Shown: piece by piece, positions 38,895-51,006 of the stretch
Layout of the letters: the number at the start of each line of letters is the position of its first letter
Numbering within the stretch: the stretch's first letter is position 1
Origin: Vicugna vicugna
Lineage: Eukaryota
Length of the DNA: 64,000 nt
NCBI GenBank assembly: GCA_013265495.1
Contig: MU057648.1
Span: forward strand, 1-64,000
Direction of reading: 5' to 3'
The notes under the pieces: model-generated
Told to the model about the DNA's origin: nothing
Seen by the model: only the letters and a program-made list of their open reading frames with translations
Database searches by the model: none
Program-made: the position numbers and the translations under genes

Positions 38895-40420
38895 CTTTAA
38901 CTGACAGCATATACAAAAATTAACTCAAAATGAATGAAAGCCCTAAATGTTAGGACCTAAAAGTATACAATTCCTAGAAAAAAAATCAGGGGGAAAGCTT
39001 CATGACAGTGGACTTGGCAATTGGGACTATGTCCTTTTTATTTATTTATTTTTTAATGTTTTTATTTTATAAAAATTTCTTAGTTTTTACTGAACTGTAC
39101 TATATTTATGATGTTAGTTTCAGGTATATAGCAAGTGATTCAGTTATATGTATACATACACATATTTGCATATTTTTCAGATTCTTTTCCATTATAGCTC
39201 ATTACAAGAAACTAAATACAGTCGCCTGTGCTATACAGTATGTCCTTGTTGTTTATCTGTTTTATATGCAGTAATACGTACCTGTTAATCCCAAACTCCT
39301 AACTATTCCTCCCCCACCCCCACAATCCCAGGTAACCACAGTTTGTTTTCTATGTCTGTGAGTCTATTTCTGGTTTGTAAATAAAATTTGTATCTTTCTT
39401 TTTTTTAGATTCCACATATAAGTGGGGACTATGTCATTCTTTAGTTGGACACAATCAAAAGAATAAAAAGGCAACCTACAGAATGGGAGAAAAATATTTC
39501 TAAATCATGTATCTGATAAGGAATTAATAACCACTCCTACAACAACAACAAAATCAAACAAATTTTTTAAATGGACAAACGACTTGAATAGACATTTCTC
39601 CAAAGATGGTATAGAAATGGCCACCAAACATATGCAAATGTGCTCAACATCACTAACCATCAGAGAAATGCAGATCAAAATCATAAGGAGATATCACTTC
39701 ATACCCATTAGGATGGCTACTATCAAAAAAAAAAAAACCCCACAGAAAATAACAAGTGTTGACAAGGATATGAAGAAGCTGGAACTTTTGTGCATTGTTG
39801 GTAGGATTGTAAAATGGTGCGACCATGATAGAAAACAGTATGGAGTTTCCTCAAAAAATTAAAACTAAAACTGCCATGTGATCCAGCCAATTCAGTTCTG
39901 GGTGTATATATCCAAAAGAATCAAAAGCGGGGTCTCAGAGATATTTGCATACTCATGTTCTATTCACAGTGGTCAAGGAGTGGAAGCAACCCAAATGTTC
40001 ACTGACAGATGAATGGATAAGCAAAATGTGGTATACACTCACAATGGACTATTACTCAGCCCTGAAAAGCAAGGAAATCCTGACACATGCTACAACATGG
40101 ATGAACCTTGAGGACATCATGGCTCAGTGAACTAAACCAGTCACAAAAAGACAAATACTGTATGACTCCACTTTTATGAGGTATCTAAAGTAGTCAAAGT
40201 CATAGAAACAGAAAGAAAAATGGCGGCTACTAGGGGCAGGGGGAGGGGGGAAAGGGGAGTTGTTTGATGGGTAAACAGTTTCATAGTTGCAGGATGAAAA
40301 AGTTCTGAAGACTTGTTTCACAACAATGTGAATATACTTAACACTACTGAACTGTATATTTAAAATTTGTTAAGATGGTAAATTTCACATTATGTGGGTT
40401 TTTTTATCATGATAAAAAGA
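38895..40420 (+). mobile_element. L1MB-like ORF2 3' region and 3'UTR
   Basis: LNRHFSKDGIEMATKHMQMCSTSLTIREMQIK and WKQPKCSLTDEWISKMWY are ORF2 C-terminal motifs. Confidence 0.9.
39034..39424 (-). mobile_element. Younger L1 3'UTR nested antisense in the older L1
   Basis: TSD gggactatgtc at 39023-39033 and 39425-39435; poly-T start; ...tagattccacatataagt. Confidence 0.8.
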
Positions 40421-40789
40421 AATTACATTGCTAATTAATGACCAAAAAAGGAAGCTGGGGTGGGGAGCAAGGCTTGATTTTCCACTATCTTTGCAGCCTA
40501 GAGGTTACCAAATTCAGCAATGGCTAGACCCTGATTATGAGGGATGTGGCTCTACATACGATCTAATGGAAACATTTTAATATATACTTAAGAACTGGAC
40601 AATCTGGTACTGAGAGAAATATGGTGACCCAGGAGGAGTCCTAGTAAATACTTTCACATGTTTTTCTCACTTTCTATCTAGCAGCTAGACAACTGGATGC
40701 TTAGAAAAGACTTCTGCTGAATTAGATGGACCTCTAATTCAAACATATTTATTTTCAAAACGTTGTGGGGGGGAAAGGGAATCAGGACT

Positions 40790-41010
40790 GTGTAGTAACT
40801 GAGAACAACAGCTCTGGACTTGAATCTGGCTGTGCAACTTAATAGTGGTGAGATCTTCGAGTCTTTAACCTTTTTAGACCCATTTCTCCATCTGTAAAAC
40901 AGAGACAACAACAATAGAACCTATACCCCTCAGGCTTGTTCGGAGGATGAAATGAAATAATCCACATAGAGTGCTTAGAACAGGGCCTGGCACATGTTAA
41001 ATGTGATAAA
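40790..41010 (+). mobile_element. MIR SINE
   Basis: tttctccatctgtaaaac...gaggatgaaatgaaataat...agtgcttagaacagggcctggcacat. Confidence 0.75.
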
Positions 41011-41140
41011 TGTCATGAGAAATAAAACCCTCTGGGGATAGTATATTCAAGACTACATTGCTGGCAGTTTCTGAAGAGGCAAGGGAGGCCTACCAACTGT
41101 AGTACACATTTTGTGGCATTTGCCTCGTCCGCCTCTTAAA

Positions 41141-41390
41141 ATAGGGTTGCCAGATAAAATACAGAATAAAAAAAACAATCCTAAGCTAAAATATATAGTA
41201 CAAGAAAAGATATAGGAGGCCAGTTAAATTTGAATTTTAGATAAACAACAATTTTTAGTATGAGTATATCCCAAATATTGCATAGACTATACCTATACTG
41301 AAATTGTATTTATTTCTCCTTAAATTTATTTGATATTTATCTGAAATTCAAATTTAACTGGTGTTTTTATTTGCTACATCTGGCAAGCTT
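41141..41390. mobile_element. MER33-like hAT-Charlie element
   Basis: Terminal inverted repeats agggttgccagat ... atctggcaagct. Confidence 0.75.
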
Positions 41391-41934
41391 CCTTGGAACT
41401 GCCTGCATCATCCCAGGTGGCCTGGGCAGTCATTTCTGACCCAGGCCCGTTCCCAGACTCCAGTTGATTGAACTTGAAGTTGACCCTTGACCAAAATGGA
41501 GCCAATCCACTTTTCCTTCATAGAAACTGGGTTCAGGGAGTTTGACAGTTTCTGCTGTAGTGATGGTTGGGCCTCAGGAGCTGTGGGCAGCAGACATCTT
41601 CTGCCACATGGTCCAAGGAGTAAAAACAAAACAAACAACAGACCGGAACTTAGAGAAGAAAATAAGAGGAGAAGCAGACATGAGAAATGCATAAAGTGTG
41701 CAAAAAGCCAGGCAGGCTTTGTAAACCATCCTGTGGTCCCACACGAAAGCCTTTTACACACACACACACACACACACACCCCGCTCAAGATGCACTGGAA
41801 GGTTTTGATACTTGCAACCAAAAAGTCTAAGAAACAAGGCAACTGTAGACCTAATTCCTGAGCTAAATATGTCCCATGTTATTGATTCGAAGGGTAAAAA
41901 TGACTAGGAAGCCATTTTTAGCTCAACTCTGGTT

Positions 41935-42270
41935 CTAGTGATCACTCTGAGGGAAGCCAGTCCCCAGGTAAGCAGTCTGGCTGCTCTGAAGCCACCATGC
42001 AGTAAGGAAGCCCACACCAGCTCGTGTGGACAGAGCCCAGGGAGATGCCTTGAGACTCTCTGGGGAGACAGAGATGTCGGCCAGCCCTAGATGCTCCAGA
42101 ATCCACCATTCCAACCCCAGCCACCAGTTGATCACAGCCCCACGAGAGGGCCTGAGCCAGAACTGTCCAGCCAAGCCCTTTCTGAGTTCCCAACTGACAG
42201 AAACTGTGAGCGATGATAAAATCATTGTTGTCATTTTAAGCCTCAAAGTTGCGCAGAAACAGATAATGGA
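41935..42270 (+). mobile_element. MaLR LTR (MLT1F/H-like)
   Basis: ctgagccagaactgtccagccaagccc...gaaactgtgagcgatgataaaatcattgttgtcattttaagcc. Confidence 0.7.
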
Positions 42271-43049
42271 TAAACTCAGTGCACGTGGGCAGCTGACCTT
42301 GCCAACTGTTTCCACGGCTAGCAAGTATCCGATCACAAAGGAACAAGACTAGCTTCTTGCGAAGCTTCTGGAGCCAGCCCTCCTGCTGTGTGGTCACAAG
42401 CAGAGCCCAACTCTGAAGACAGGAGAGCCAGGCGTGGGGGGGGGTCTCCTGAAGGAAGGCAACAGCTGGGGAACCCAGTGGGGCCGAAGGCCCCCCAATC
42501 ACTCCTTCATGGGGGAGGCTGCTGGAAGGGGTGGCTTGTTTAGGCAGGAAGACAGGAGCTTCTGACTGTCTTCCCGCCCCGGTGGTGTGGCGGAATCCCA
42601 GCTGGGTTCAGATCTCAGCTCAGCCACCCACTAAGTGATGCCACTGCAGTGGGACAAGCCCTGGCTTTCTTATTTGTCACCAGGACATAAGAACTACCTT
42701 TGTCATAAATTGGGGTGACATACGCATAAGCACCGTATACACCATTAAGCTCTGTTCAGATTTGGTCATTATTAGAATCTACAATAGAACAGGAAAAAAA
42801 TAGAGGGTACTGCCTCAGTCAAAATTTTTGTCTCATGCATTGAATTTTTCTTTGATGGGCCAAAGACCTTAAATACAGACAGGACAGTCTCTGCCCATCT
42901 CACAAAGACATGAGCATTAAGGTAAATAGAACACTGAGGTTCTTTTTCTGTACCTCTGTTTCCCCTCTTTTCAAAGATTCCTGCAAGTCAAAGCAGGCTG
43001 GCGTCAAGGCAAATTCCTGTTTCCATGCGCCTCATCTGAGCACCATCCA

Positions 43050-44650
43050 GCCTACCAGTCAGAGTAGAGTCAGAAACGGCTGACTCCAGGGCTGGGACAA
43101 GAGAAGTACAAAAAGAGCCTTGAACATCTTTTCAAGCCAGACACGGGAGTCAATGTCAACTCCGGCTGGCCAATACCAGCTGTCAATACCATCAGGGTCC
43201 CTTCCAGAGGACTCGAAGGTCAACTGAAGAAGCCCTCACTAAGCAAAGACAAGGCAGGATGATGTAAGCATCACTGAGGGCAATACAGCTGTGCCTGCAT
43301 CCACGAGCCTAAAGTGCTACTTAAGAAAGCAAAACTCACTGGAAGATAAGAACCAACTCATTATTTTGAAAGTTTGCAAATAAATGGAAAGAATCAAACA
43401 TTTACTCTGCCTCTCCTGTGTGAACTGTATCCCTGAGGAAGCAAAGAGCAGTAGATGAGGGTAAGTTTCTCATTATAGAAGTTATTCCTGATAATAAATG
43501 AAGAAGTGACAGAATTAGGTTAATCCAAGACAGATCGTTACCACCTGCTGACAGCACAGAACGAGAAGCCACCAGATGTTATGAGCTCCTGATGCAAGAA
43601 TGCAACATATTTATAGTTTCTAGATTCATCTACCAAGTTAAGGAACGACAGAGGACCGTGTTACCCTAAACCAAGAGGATGCAGTCCGCAAAACCCAGAC
43701 GTGGGAGGTTCTCTGGGTAGACCTTATTTAGGCCTTGATACAAACAAATGTGTCAAAAACCCACTTACGACATTTGAGACAACTGAAACTTTGAACACTG
43801 ACTGGATATTTGATGATGATAAGGAATTACTGCTAATTTGTTTTAGTTGTAACAGTGGTATGAGGATATGGTTTTTTTAAATCCTTATCCTTTAGAGGCA
43901 GCCACTGAAACATTTATAGGGAAATGTGAAATGTGATACTTATAGGGGAAATGGGACTTCAAAATGGTGTGAGGTGGGGGCGCTGTGATGGAACAAGATT
44001 GGCTAGGAAGTTAATAATTATTGAAACTGGGAAACAGCCTAAATGTCCATCAACAGGTGACTGGATAAAGAAGATGTGGTATATTTACACAATGGAATAC
44101 TATTCAGCCATAAAAACCGACAACATAATGCCATTTGCAGCAACATGGATGCTCCTGGAGAATGTCATTCTAAGTGAAATAAGCCAGAAAGAGAAAGAAA
44201 AATACCATATGAAATCGCTCATATGTGGAATCTAAAAAACAAAAACAAAAACAAACAAAAACAAAGCGTAAATACAGGACAGAAATAGACTCATAGACAG
44301 AGAATACAGACTTGTGGTTGCCAGGGGGGCGGAGGGTGGGAAGGGATAGACTGGGATTTCAAAATTGTAGAATAGATAAACAAGATTATACTGTATAGCA
44401 CAGGGAAATATACACAAAATGTTACGGAGGCTCACAGAGAAAAAAATGTGACAATGAGTGTATATTATGTCCATGTACGACTGAAAAATTGTGCTGAACA
44501 CTGGAATTTGACACAACATTGTAAAATGATTATAAATCAATAAAAATGTTAAAAAAATTATTGAAATTGGGTAACAGGTGCATGGGGGTTCATTATACTA
44601 TCGTCTACTCTGATATATGTTTAGAAGTCTTGGTAACAAAGAGTTTTAAA
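43050..44650 (+). mobile_element. Old L1MC-like 3'UTR hosting a younger nested L1
   Basis: ttgagacaactgaaactttgaacactgactggatatttgatgat...ggtaacaggtgcatgggggttcattatact. Confidence 0.6.
44032..44555 (+). mobile_element. Young 5'-truncated camelid-type L1 3' end (524 bp)
   Basis: 16-bp TSD aattattgaaa(c/t)tggg at 44016-44031 and 44556-44571; KQPKCPSTGDWIKKMWYIYTMEYYSAIK. Confidence 0.9.
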
Positions 44651-47600
44651 CGTAAATGAATACAAAAAAGAGCTTTTACTACTGTCATACATCCTTGGCT
44701 TGGGATAAGTCTCAGAAAAGGAGCTGAAAAGCTGGACCATGTGTAGCCCCCATGGTCACTCCTTCTCCTGGCAATTCAGTGACTCCCCTTGGGTGACTGC
44801 AATAGTCCAGGCTGCTCGTTGGGTCTTTATGACATGCAAAAAAGATTAAAATTACAAAGCATGTCTTCTATTTTAAAAAAATTCATTGTAATTTGAGACT
44901 CTACTGAGTACAAGGCACTACACCCAGCACCCCTGGGGACACCACAGTGAAAAGACACAGCCCCATGCGCTGGTGGGGAGCAGATGGACCACCACCCAGC
45001 TGTCAGAGAACGGACCGCTCTGCCAGCCCAGCTCATCGCAGGGGAATCCAGGCAGGTCCAGGCTGAGATGACCTGGAACTGAGGCTGCCCTGCTAGGATG
45101 TCTGCAGCAGTGAGGAGGGTTCTCCTCGCTGAGGGACTGGCAGGGGCAGAGATCTGGATGGGAGAGGGAAAGGCATGTGGGTTGCAGAGGGGGACTAAGG
45201 CGAGTTGCGCAGAAGGTCAAGACTGGAGGAAGGAGGGTGGGGGGACCAACTGGGAAGGGCAGTGGGCAGTGAGCCCAGGGGCACGATGTGCTATCTTTTA
45301 GGAAGACAGCACCTCTTGCTGCTTCCAAGGACAGCACAATCTGGCAGGTTCCTGTGCAAGCTCAGCGAGGCCACCTGCCCTCTTCTTGGTTTAGGCAATG
45401 GCCCAGCAATGCAGATCACACAGAGTGAGTTGAGACTGTTAACCCGGCATTGGATGCACAGGGCTGCGACCTGGGTGTGTGATCAGAAGCCGAGAGGAGT
45501 GAGGCGCAGCCATCAGGACTCCAAGAACTCTTAAAAACAGACAGACGCGGGAAAGACTCCCATAGAAAAGGTCAAAGCTTACAGCACCAGCATGACCCTG
45601 AAACTCACTGACTGCTGCTTCCTGTTTATGGTTAGGAAGGGAGCCTCTTAAAGTCACATCTGTGTGGTGACACCTGGTATGTGACTCACCACACGTCAAG
45701 CTGCCAATTTTGGTTTAGTTCAGCGTGTTTCTAACCATCTCCTCCTCTCCAGTCTCCTCCTCTCCTCCTGTCAGCATCCAGTGTGGTCCCATTTCCTCCG
45801 TTTTCTTTTCCCCCAGGATAAGCAGATACTGATCTTCGTTTAAGGAATCTCACATCCTTTTCACTAGCCTGTCTTTCTTTATTGACAGTTTGCCAACCCC
45901 ATCCCGGAAGACTCCACGCAGCCTGACTACTCAGCCCCCTGGGAAGCCCCCAGGACACCTTGCCTGAACCTGCGGGCCTCTTACTGATCAGCCAGGACGG
46001 CTGCAGGCTTCCCTCCTCCTCCTCCACCCAGTGGTTTGGTGACGCTGCTGGCCCTCAATAAATGGTATAATCAAAGCTGCTGGATGCTTCTATCACAATA
46101 TTCCAGACTATATCCTGGGCTGATATGAAGCAGTCAAAGTTAGTCCCCCCAAATCACATACTGTACGATATCCTTTTTTAGAAAGCTAAAAATAGTTGAA
46201 ATGAAAAAATGTGTTTTTTTTCCTTTTAAATTGCATGTAGATGAGGTAAAACTAGATAAAAAGAAAAGAAAGAGGATGGTGATGGATTTGGGATGTTGGT
46301 TATTCCTGAGTGGGGCAGGCTTGGGGAGGGAGCACGAGAAACAGGTACCCACATTTTCTCCACATTTCTCCAAACATCAGGGTTCATTTAGTCTAAAAAC
46401 ACAAAAACAAAAACAGCGTGTTCTTTCTGAAACAGAAGTTAGCAAAAGAAGTGGCTCTGATTCCTTCTGCACCAGCAGGTAAAGCTGACTCCACCCAGCC
46501 CCTAAGGAAGGGAGATCTGGAATAAAAGTTCTCTCACTCTGTTTTCAGCTCGCAAGCACTTGAATTTGCCTCTATTCCGGCCACACACACTTGGAGAACT
46601 ACCGAGAGCAGGGGTCCGGGGCTGGGGGGACGTGACAGCACATGGGTGGCACTGGGCGCAGACGGAGCCCAAGGGAACCCACCCTGCGCTGCTGGCAGGA
46701 CTGTGAGCCGTGGGCCTGGAGGGCGCTCAGCCCTTGAGCCAGGCAGGCAGGATGGCCAGGCCTGGTCTGGGAGGCAGGATTCAGACTAGAAGCAGGGACA
46801 GGAGGGTGGGTGGAAGGTCTGAAGTGCTAGGAGATCTGAGGAGAGGCGGAGCACAGGATCTTCCAGAAGGCAGACGGGCGTGCAGAGGAGACAGGACCAC
46901 TGCAGCTCCACCTCGAAGGGCCTTCTGTATGGAGACTGACTTGTCTCCCAGGGCAAACGTTTGGGCACAGTCCGCAAGCTGAGTGCCTTGGGATAAGCCA
47001 CTGAAGCTCATTCACTCAGCCTCAGTTTCCCTTTCTGTAAAATGGGAATGAGGGCCCCTCCATGGCTGGCCTCACATGGAGCTGAAGGAAGGCAGAGGGC
47101 TGCACAGATGTCACAGATCCTTTGTCCCACTCAAGTGAGTCAAGCAACAATTCTGCCCACCTTGGAACCTAGAAATGTCCAAGAATGCAACTACAGAGCT
47201 GGACTGTGCAAACACACACACAAGAAAACTTGTCCCCACACCCTGCTCCCCCCCAAACCAGTATTTGTCTCCACAATCTTATCAGCAAGCAAGAATTTTT
47301 CTTAGTTACCTAGACATTCTGCACACTTGAGATTACCTCGAAGTATCTATTATCTATACCTAGCTACCTGAAGAAGAAAAAAAACAGATGGGACATTTTG
47401 CTCTTCCAATTAAAATAAAACAAAAATGCATGAGGTCAGGTTTTACTTCCACTAGAACTAGGCCTTCCTGCCACTGTGGGATCCTATACTCATAAACATT
47501 ACCTGGACCCTTACAGGGTATAGTATCCGGTAAAATACAGATAACTCTGAAAAGCTGAACTCGAGGACAAGTGGGCATCAGGACACACATCTGGGACAGG

Positions 47601-48067
47601 CAGAGACTGTGGAGCACGAGAGGCCCAAGTCAGAATCTCTCTCCACTGCCTCCCTGGGCCAGTGACATTGGACAAGCCATGTCCCCCTGTCAACCTCAGA
47701 ACTCTTCATTTGTACAAGAGAATAATCCTGGAACCCATTTCATAGTGTGGTTGTGAGGATGAAATAAAGGACCATAACATAAAACCGAGAGTGTGGTCCA
47801 TAGCCGACATGCCTTATTTGTCATGCCCCCTGCCTTTAAGAAGACAGAGTGACACTTATAGTGAACCACTGATGATCCCTAACACCGTGTGTCTTCGTAA
47901 AATGTCTACATATCTGAAAGAGTATGGTAAGTGGGATTAAAAACACACATTTGGAAAAGTATTTTTTTCCCCTAAAACACTATGTTCTGTGAGCTGTGTT
48001 GTGCAGCTGAGTGGGCTGAGGAGTACCAAGACACCAGATAGGACGGACACATTAGAAACACAGGTCA

Positions 48068-48245
48068 AGGAGGGAGGGCATAGCTCAGTGGTTAGAGTAC
48101 GTGTTTAGCATGTGTGAGGTCCTGGGTTCAATCCCCAGTACCTCCATTATAATAACTAACCAACGAAATAAACCTAATTACTTCATCTCCAAAACAAAAA
48201 CAAAAACCCCACAAACAAAATAAGTAAAATATTTGTTAAAAGAAA
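48068..48245 (+). mobile_element. Vic-1-like tRNA-derived SINE
   Basis: A and B boxes; TSD agaaacacag(g/a)tca at 48054-48067 and 48246-48259. Confidence 0.85.
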
Positions 48246-48526
48246 AGAAACACAGATCAGCTTTCTCTCCTGCTGGGAATTAAAGACAGTGATCCCCCCT
48301 TTGGAGTGGGAACCATCTCTTAAGTTCAGTGGAGCTCCCAAATTCTCAGGGAGTCATAGACTGAACGATCCTCTAGAAGCTGTGTTTCCAAAAAGGCTAT
48401 GAAGGACCACATAAATCCTCTGTGGGTGACCTGAACAGATATTGCCTGGCCAAGTGACCTGGGCAAAGTGACCTGAGTTTTAGCCAACAGCAAGGCAGGG
48501 CCCTCCTGTTTGCAATGACAACAGAG

Positions 48527-48702
48527 CCATGCTTCTCAGACTGTGGTCCAGAGCAGCATTACCTGGGAACTTGTTAGAAATGCTGAATCACAGGCCCCTT
48601 CGAGACCCACTGCAGCAGAAACTCAACAAGGGGGGCAGAGCGTTTGGCATCTCAACGAGCCCATCAGGGAATTCTGTTCTCTCAGGTTTGAGAATCCACG
48701 GT
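48527..48702. mobile_element. MER5A-like hAT element
   Basis: cttctcagactgtggtcc...agcagcattacctgggaacttgttagaaatgc...gtttgagaa. Confidence 0.75.
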
Positions 48703-49492
48703 ATAGAGTGAGTGATTTGAGATCTCAAAGTTTAAACCAACCATCCCCAGGAAACATACAGAGGCCATGGCCAGTAGGAAAGGAGAGGAAGCCTTCGGTC
48801 TCTTTCCCCCTTTCAATCAATCTCAGTGTTAACTATCACCACTGGACTTCAATTTTGAATCCCACACTGTTTCTGGACTGAGAAAGTCCATGGTGGGACA
48901 CTTGCCGGTTCTCATAAGATACCAAGATGGGCTCCTGATGGGCAGAGCTGAGTCTGAAACAGCTGTGAGTCTGCTGTGCCCCTCTCTACCACCTGGCAAC
49001 CAGCAGGCACCAGGAAAGGTGGGAAACAGTCTGATCAGCCAAGGAGGGGACAGAAGCCCTTCCCACAAGTGGGTCCCAAGGACTAAACAAGGGTACTGTC
49101 TCCCTCAGTCCCTAATACAATGACCTCAGTTCCTGAACCAGAAAGCTCCTGAATCAGGAACTTTGGGGGACTGACTCTGTCTAGCTGTCCCAGGTCCCAC
49201 AACTACGAAGACCAGAGGGGCTTCAAGGCCCCAAATCTCTCCCTCACTCCACCTCTTTGCTCACTCCCTAAAGTCAAGCTGCCAGATCTCATGTCCACAG
49301 GGGCTCCCCTACCAGAAGCCAGGGCTCAGCCCTTGAAGGTTGGCCAGAGGCACTATTTCTCCTGCTGGAGTACATGTTCCCAAATGTCCCTAGGCTAGTG
49401 CTGGTGTCCTCCAACTTTGGATGCCCTCTGTCACCATCACTGCAGCATTCTGGCCCTCCACACTCAGCCACCCAACCCTGACACTTTCGTAC

Positions 49493-50139
49493 CTGTAGTA
49501 AGACAGGAGGCCATTGCTGAGCACAAACCAGCGGCGCTGGTAGCCCTTCAGGTAGTTGGTCCACTTGAGAAGCCAGCCCTTGAAGCTGTCCAGTGGTAGT
49601 AAGACCATCGGGACAGAGGAGGTCGTGCCACTCCCTGTCACCGGAGCCCCAAGATGAGTCTTCATTTGTCCCGGTCGCGAGGGCTTTGGTGCCGGCAACA
49701 ACCCTGACTCGACTTTGGTCAAGGCCACGCTCCCCACTACTGGCCCCAGCGCCAGGACCTGCTCGGATGGGGCCTTGGTGAAGAGCCCAGCCCCCACGCT
49801 TGAGCCTAACTCTTGCCGGAGTCCTGACCCCGTCCCTGACCCGGTCCCCAAGCCTGGCAGCACTTCCAACTCCTGTCTGAAGCCTGGCCGGGGCTCCGAC
49901 ATCTTCTTGGACTCAGGCTCCGATCTTGGCACCCGCTCAGAAACTGGCTCCGACACCTGTTCTGACACTAGCTCCCGCTTGGGCTGGGGCTGAGGCTTGG
50001 GCTCCGGTCCGGAGCCGGGCGTGTAAGCGCTCATGCTCGGCGCCGCCGTGTGGCAGGACAGGCAGGGGACAACCGTGAAGAGCGACGAGAGCCCGCGGGA
50101 GCGGCCGCTGCCTCGGCACAGAGCGGCCGCTTTCCCCAT
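49493..50139 (-). CDS. OSBP2: OSBP2 (ORP4L) coding exon 1: N-terminal region and start of the PH domain
   Basis: ATG at 50139 begins MGKAAALCRG...SLFTVVPCLSCHTAAP...LLPLDSFKGWLLKWTNYLKGYQRRWFVLSNGLLSYYR, the OSBP-family PH start with the ORP4-type N-terminus. Ends at donor AG|GTACGA (49493/49492); 647 nt, phase 2. Confidence 0.96.
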
Positions 50140-50750
50140 AGAGCCTGCCGACCCGAGCGCGGCCGGGCGGGGGGAGGGAGAGCGGAGGCGGCGGCCAGGG
50201 GCGGGGCCGGGGGCGCCGTCACGAGCGCGCGCGGGTCCCTCTGCGGCCCGTGTGCCCGGCGCTGCCTGCGCCAGCCCGCTGTCGTCCCCGCCGGCGCGAA
50301 GCGGACAGCGCTGGGACCCCCCCCCCCCCACGAGTGGGCGACGCGGAAGGCACAGCGCACTTCAGGCCACGATCCCTGCCTGCGCTCCAACCTGTGCCAG
50401 GCGCTGGGGGAACAATGATGAATGCGGAGCCCGCCGGCTCCCAGCGCAGCCCTGCCTGCCGGCCTTGCGCCTGTGCCCACCCCACACCCCGTCCGGGGTG
50501 AGTTCCCTCCCCGAAACCCAGGAAGCCGGGGATGGGGGAGCCCTCGGAAACCAAGAAATGCGCCCGAAGCACAGGCGCTCAGCCAGATGAAGCCAAAAGC
50601 TGAGGAGGACGCCCACCAGCCTCAACGGGAGACATTACCTGTCTATGGGTCCCTCCGCTGCGACCAGGCTCAGGGGTCTGAAGCCACCGCACCTCCACCT
50701 CCTGGGCCCGCCGGCCTCGGGTTCTTCCAGGACACTTCGCTGCAAGTGGC
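49950..50750. promoter_or_regulatory. OSBP2: CpG-island promoter of OSBP2
   Basis: Very high GC and CpG density over and upstream of exon 1; GC box GGGGCGGGGC at 50198-50207. Confidence 0.85.
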
Positions 50751-50829
50751 AACATAGTCCAGGCTATCTAAGGGAATAGAGAAAGCGTTTATATTGTAAG
50801 TGGAACGTTTTAGTACAAGGAGCACATCT

Positions 50830-51006
50830 AAAAGTGGAAGTTCTTAACTTGGAGCTCCTGGACGTCCCTGGGAATCTTGGCTGGCTGAAGCTTCTGCGAT
50901 AGTCTGCAGAGTTTCACTGGTCTGTGTATTTTTCTAGGGAGAAGGTCCCTAGTTTTCATAGGATTCCCAAAGGAGTCTGCGATCCCAGAAAGGTTAAACA
51001 GCACTG
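50830..51006. mobile_element. hAT-Charlie MER-type MITE
   Basis: agtggaagttcttaactt...aaaggttaaacagcactg; a related copy lies at ~52385-52518. Confidence 0.5.

Noticed and set aside
49390..49492. ORF continuation past exon 1 (YESVRVGW...)
   Set aside because: Intron read-through beyond the donor; PH-domain similarity resumes in exon 2.
50140..50331. 64-codon in-frame N-terminal extension of OSBP2 in the ORF track
   Set aside because: Starts at a non-ATG codon in a GC-rich island where stops are rare; the recognisable protein begins at MGKAAA (50139).
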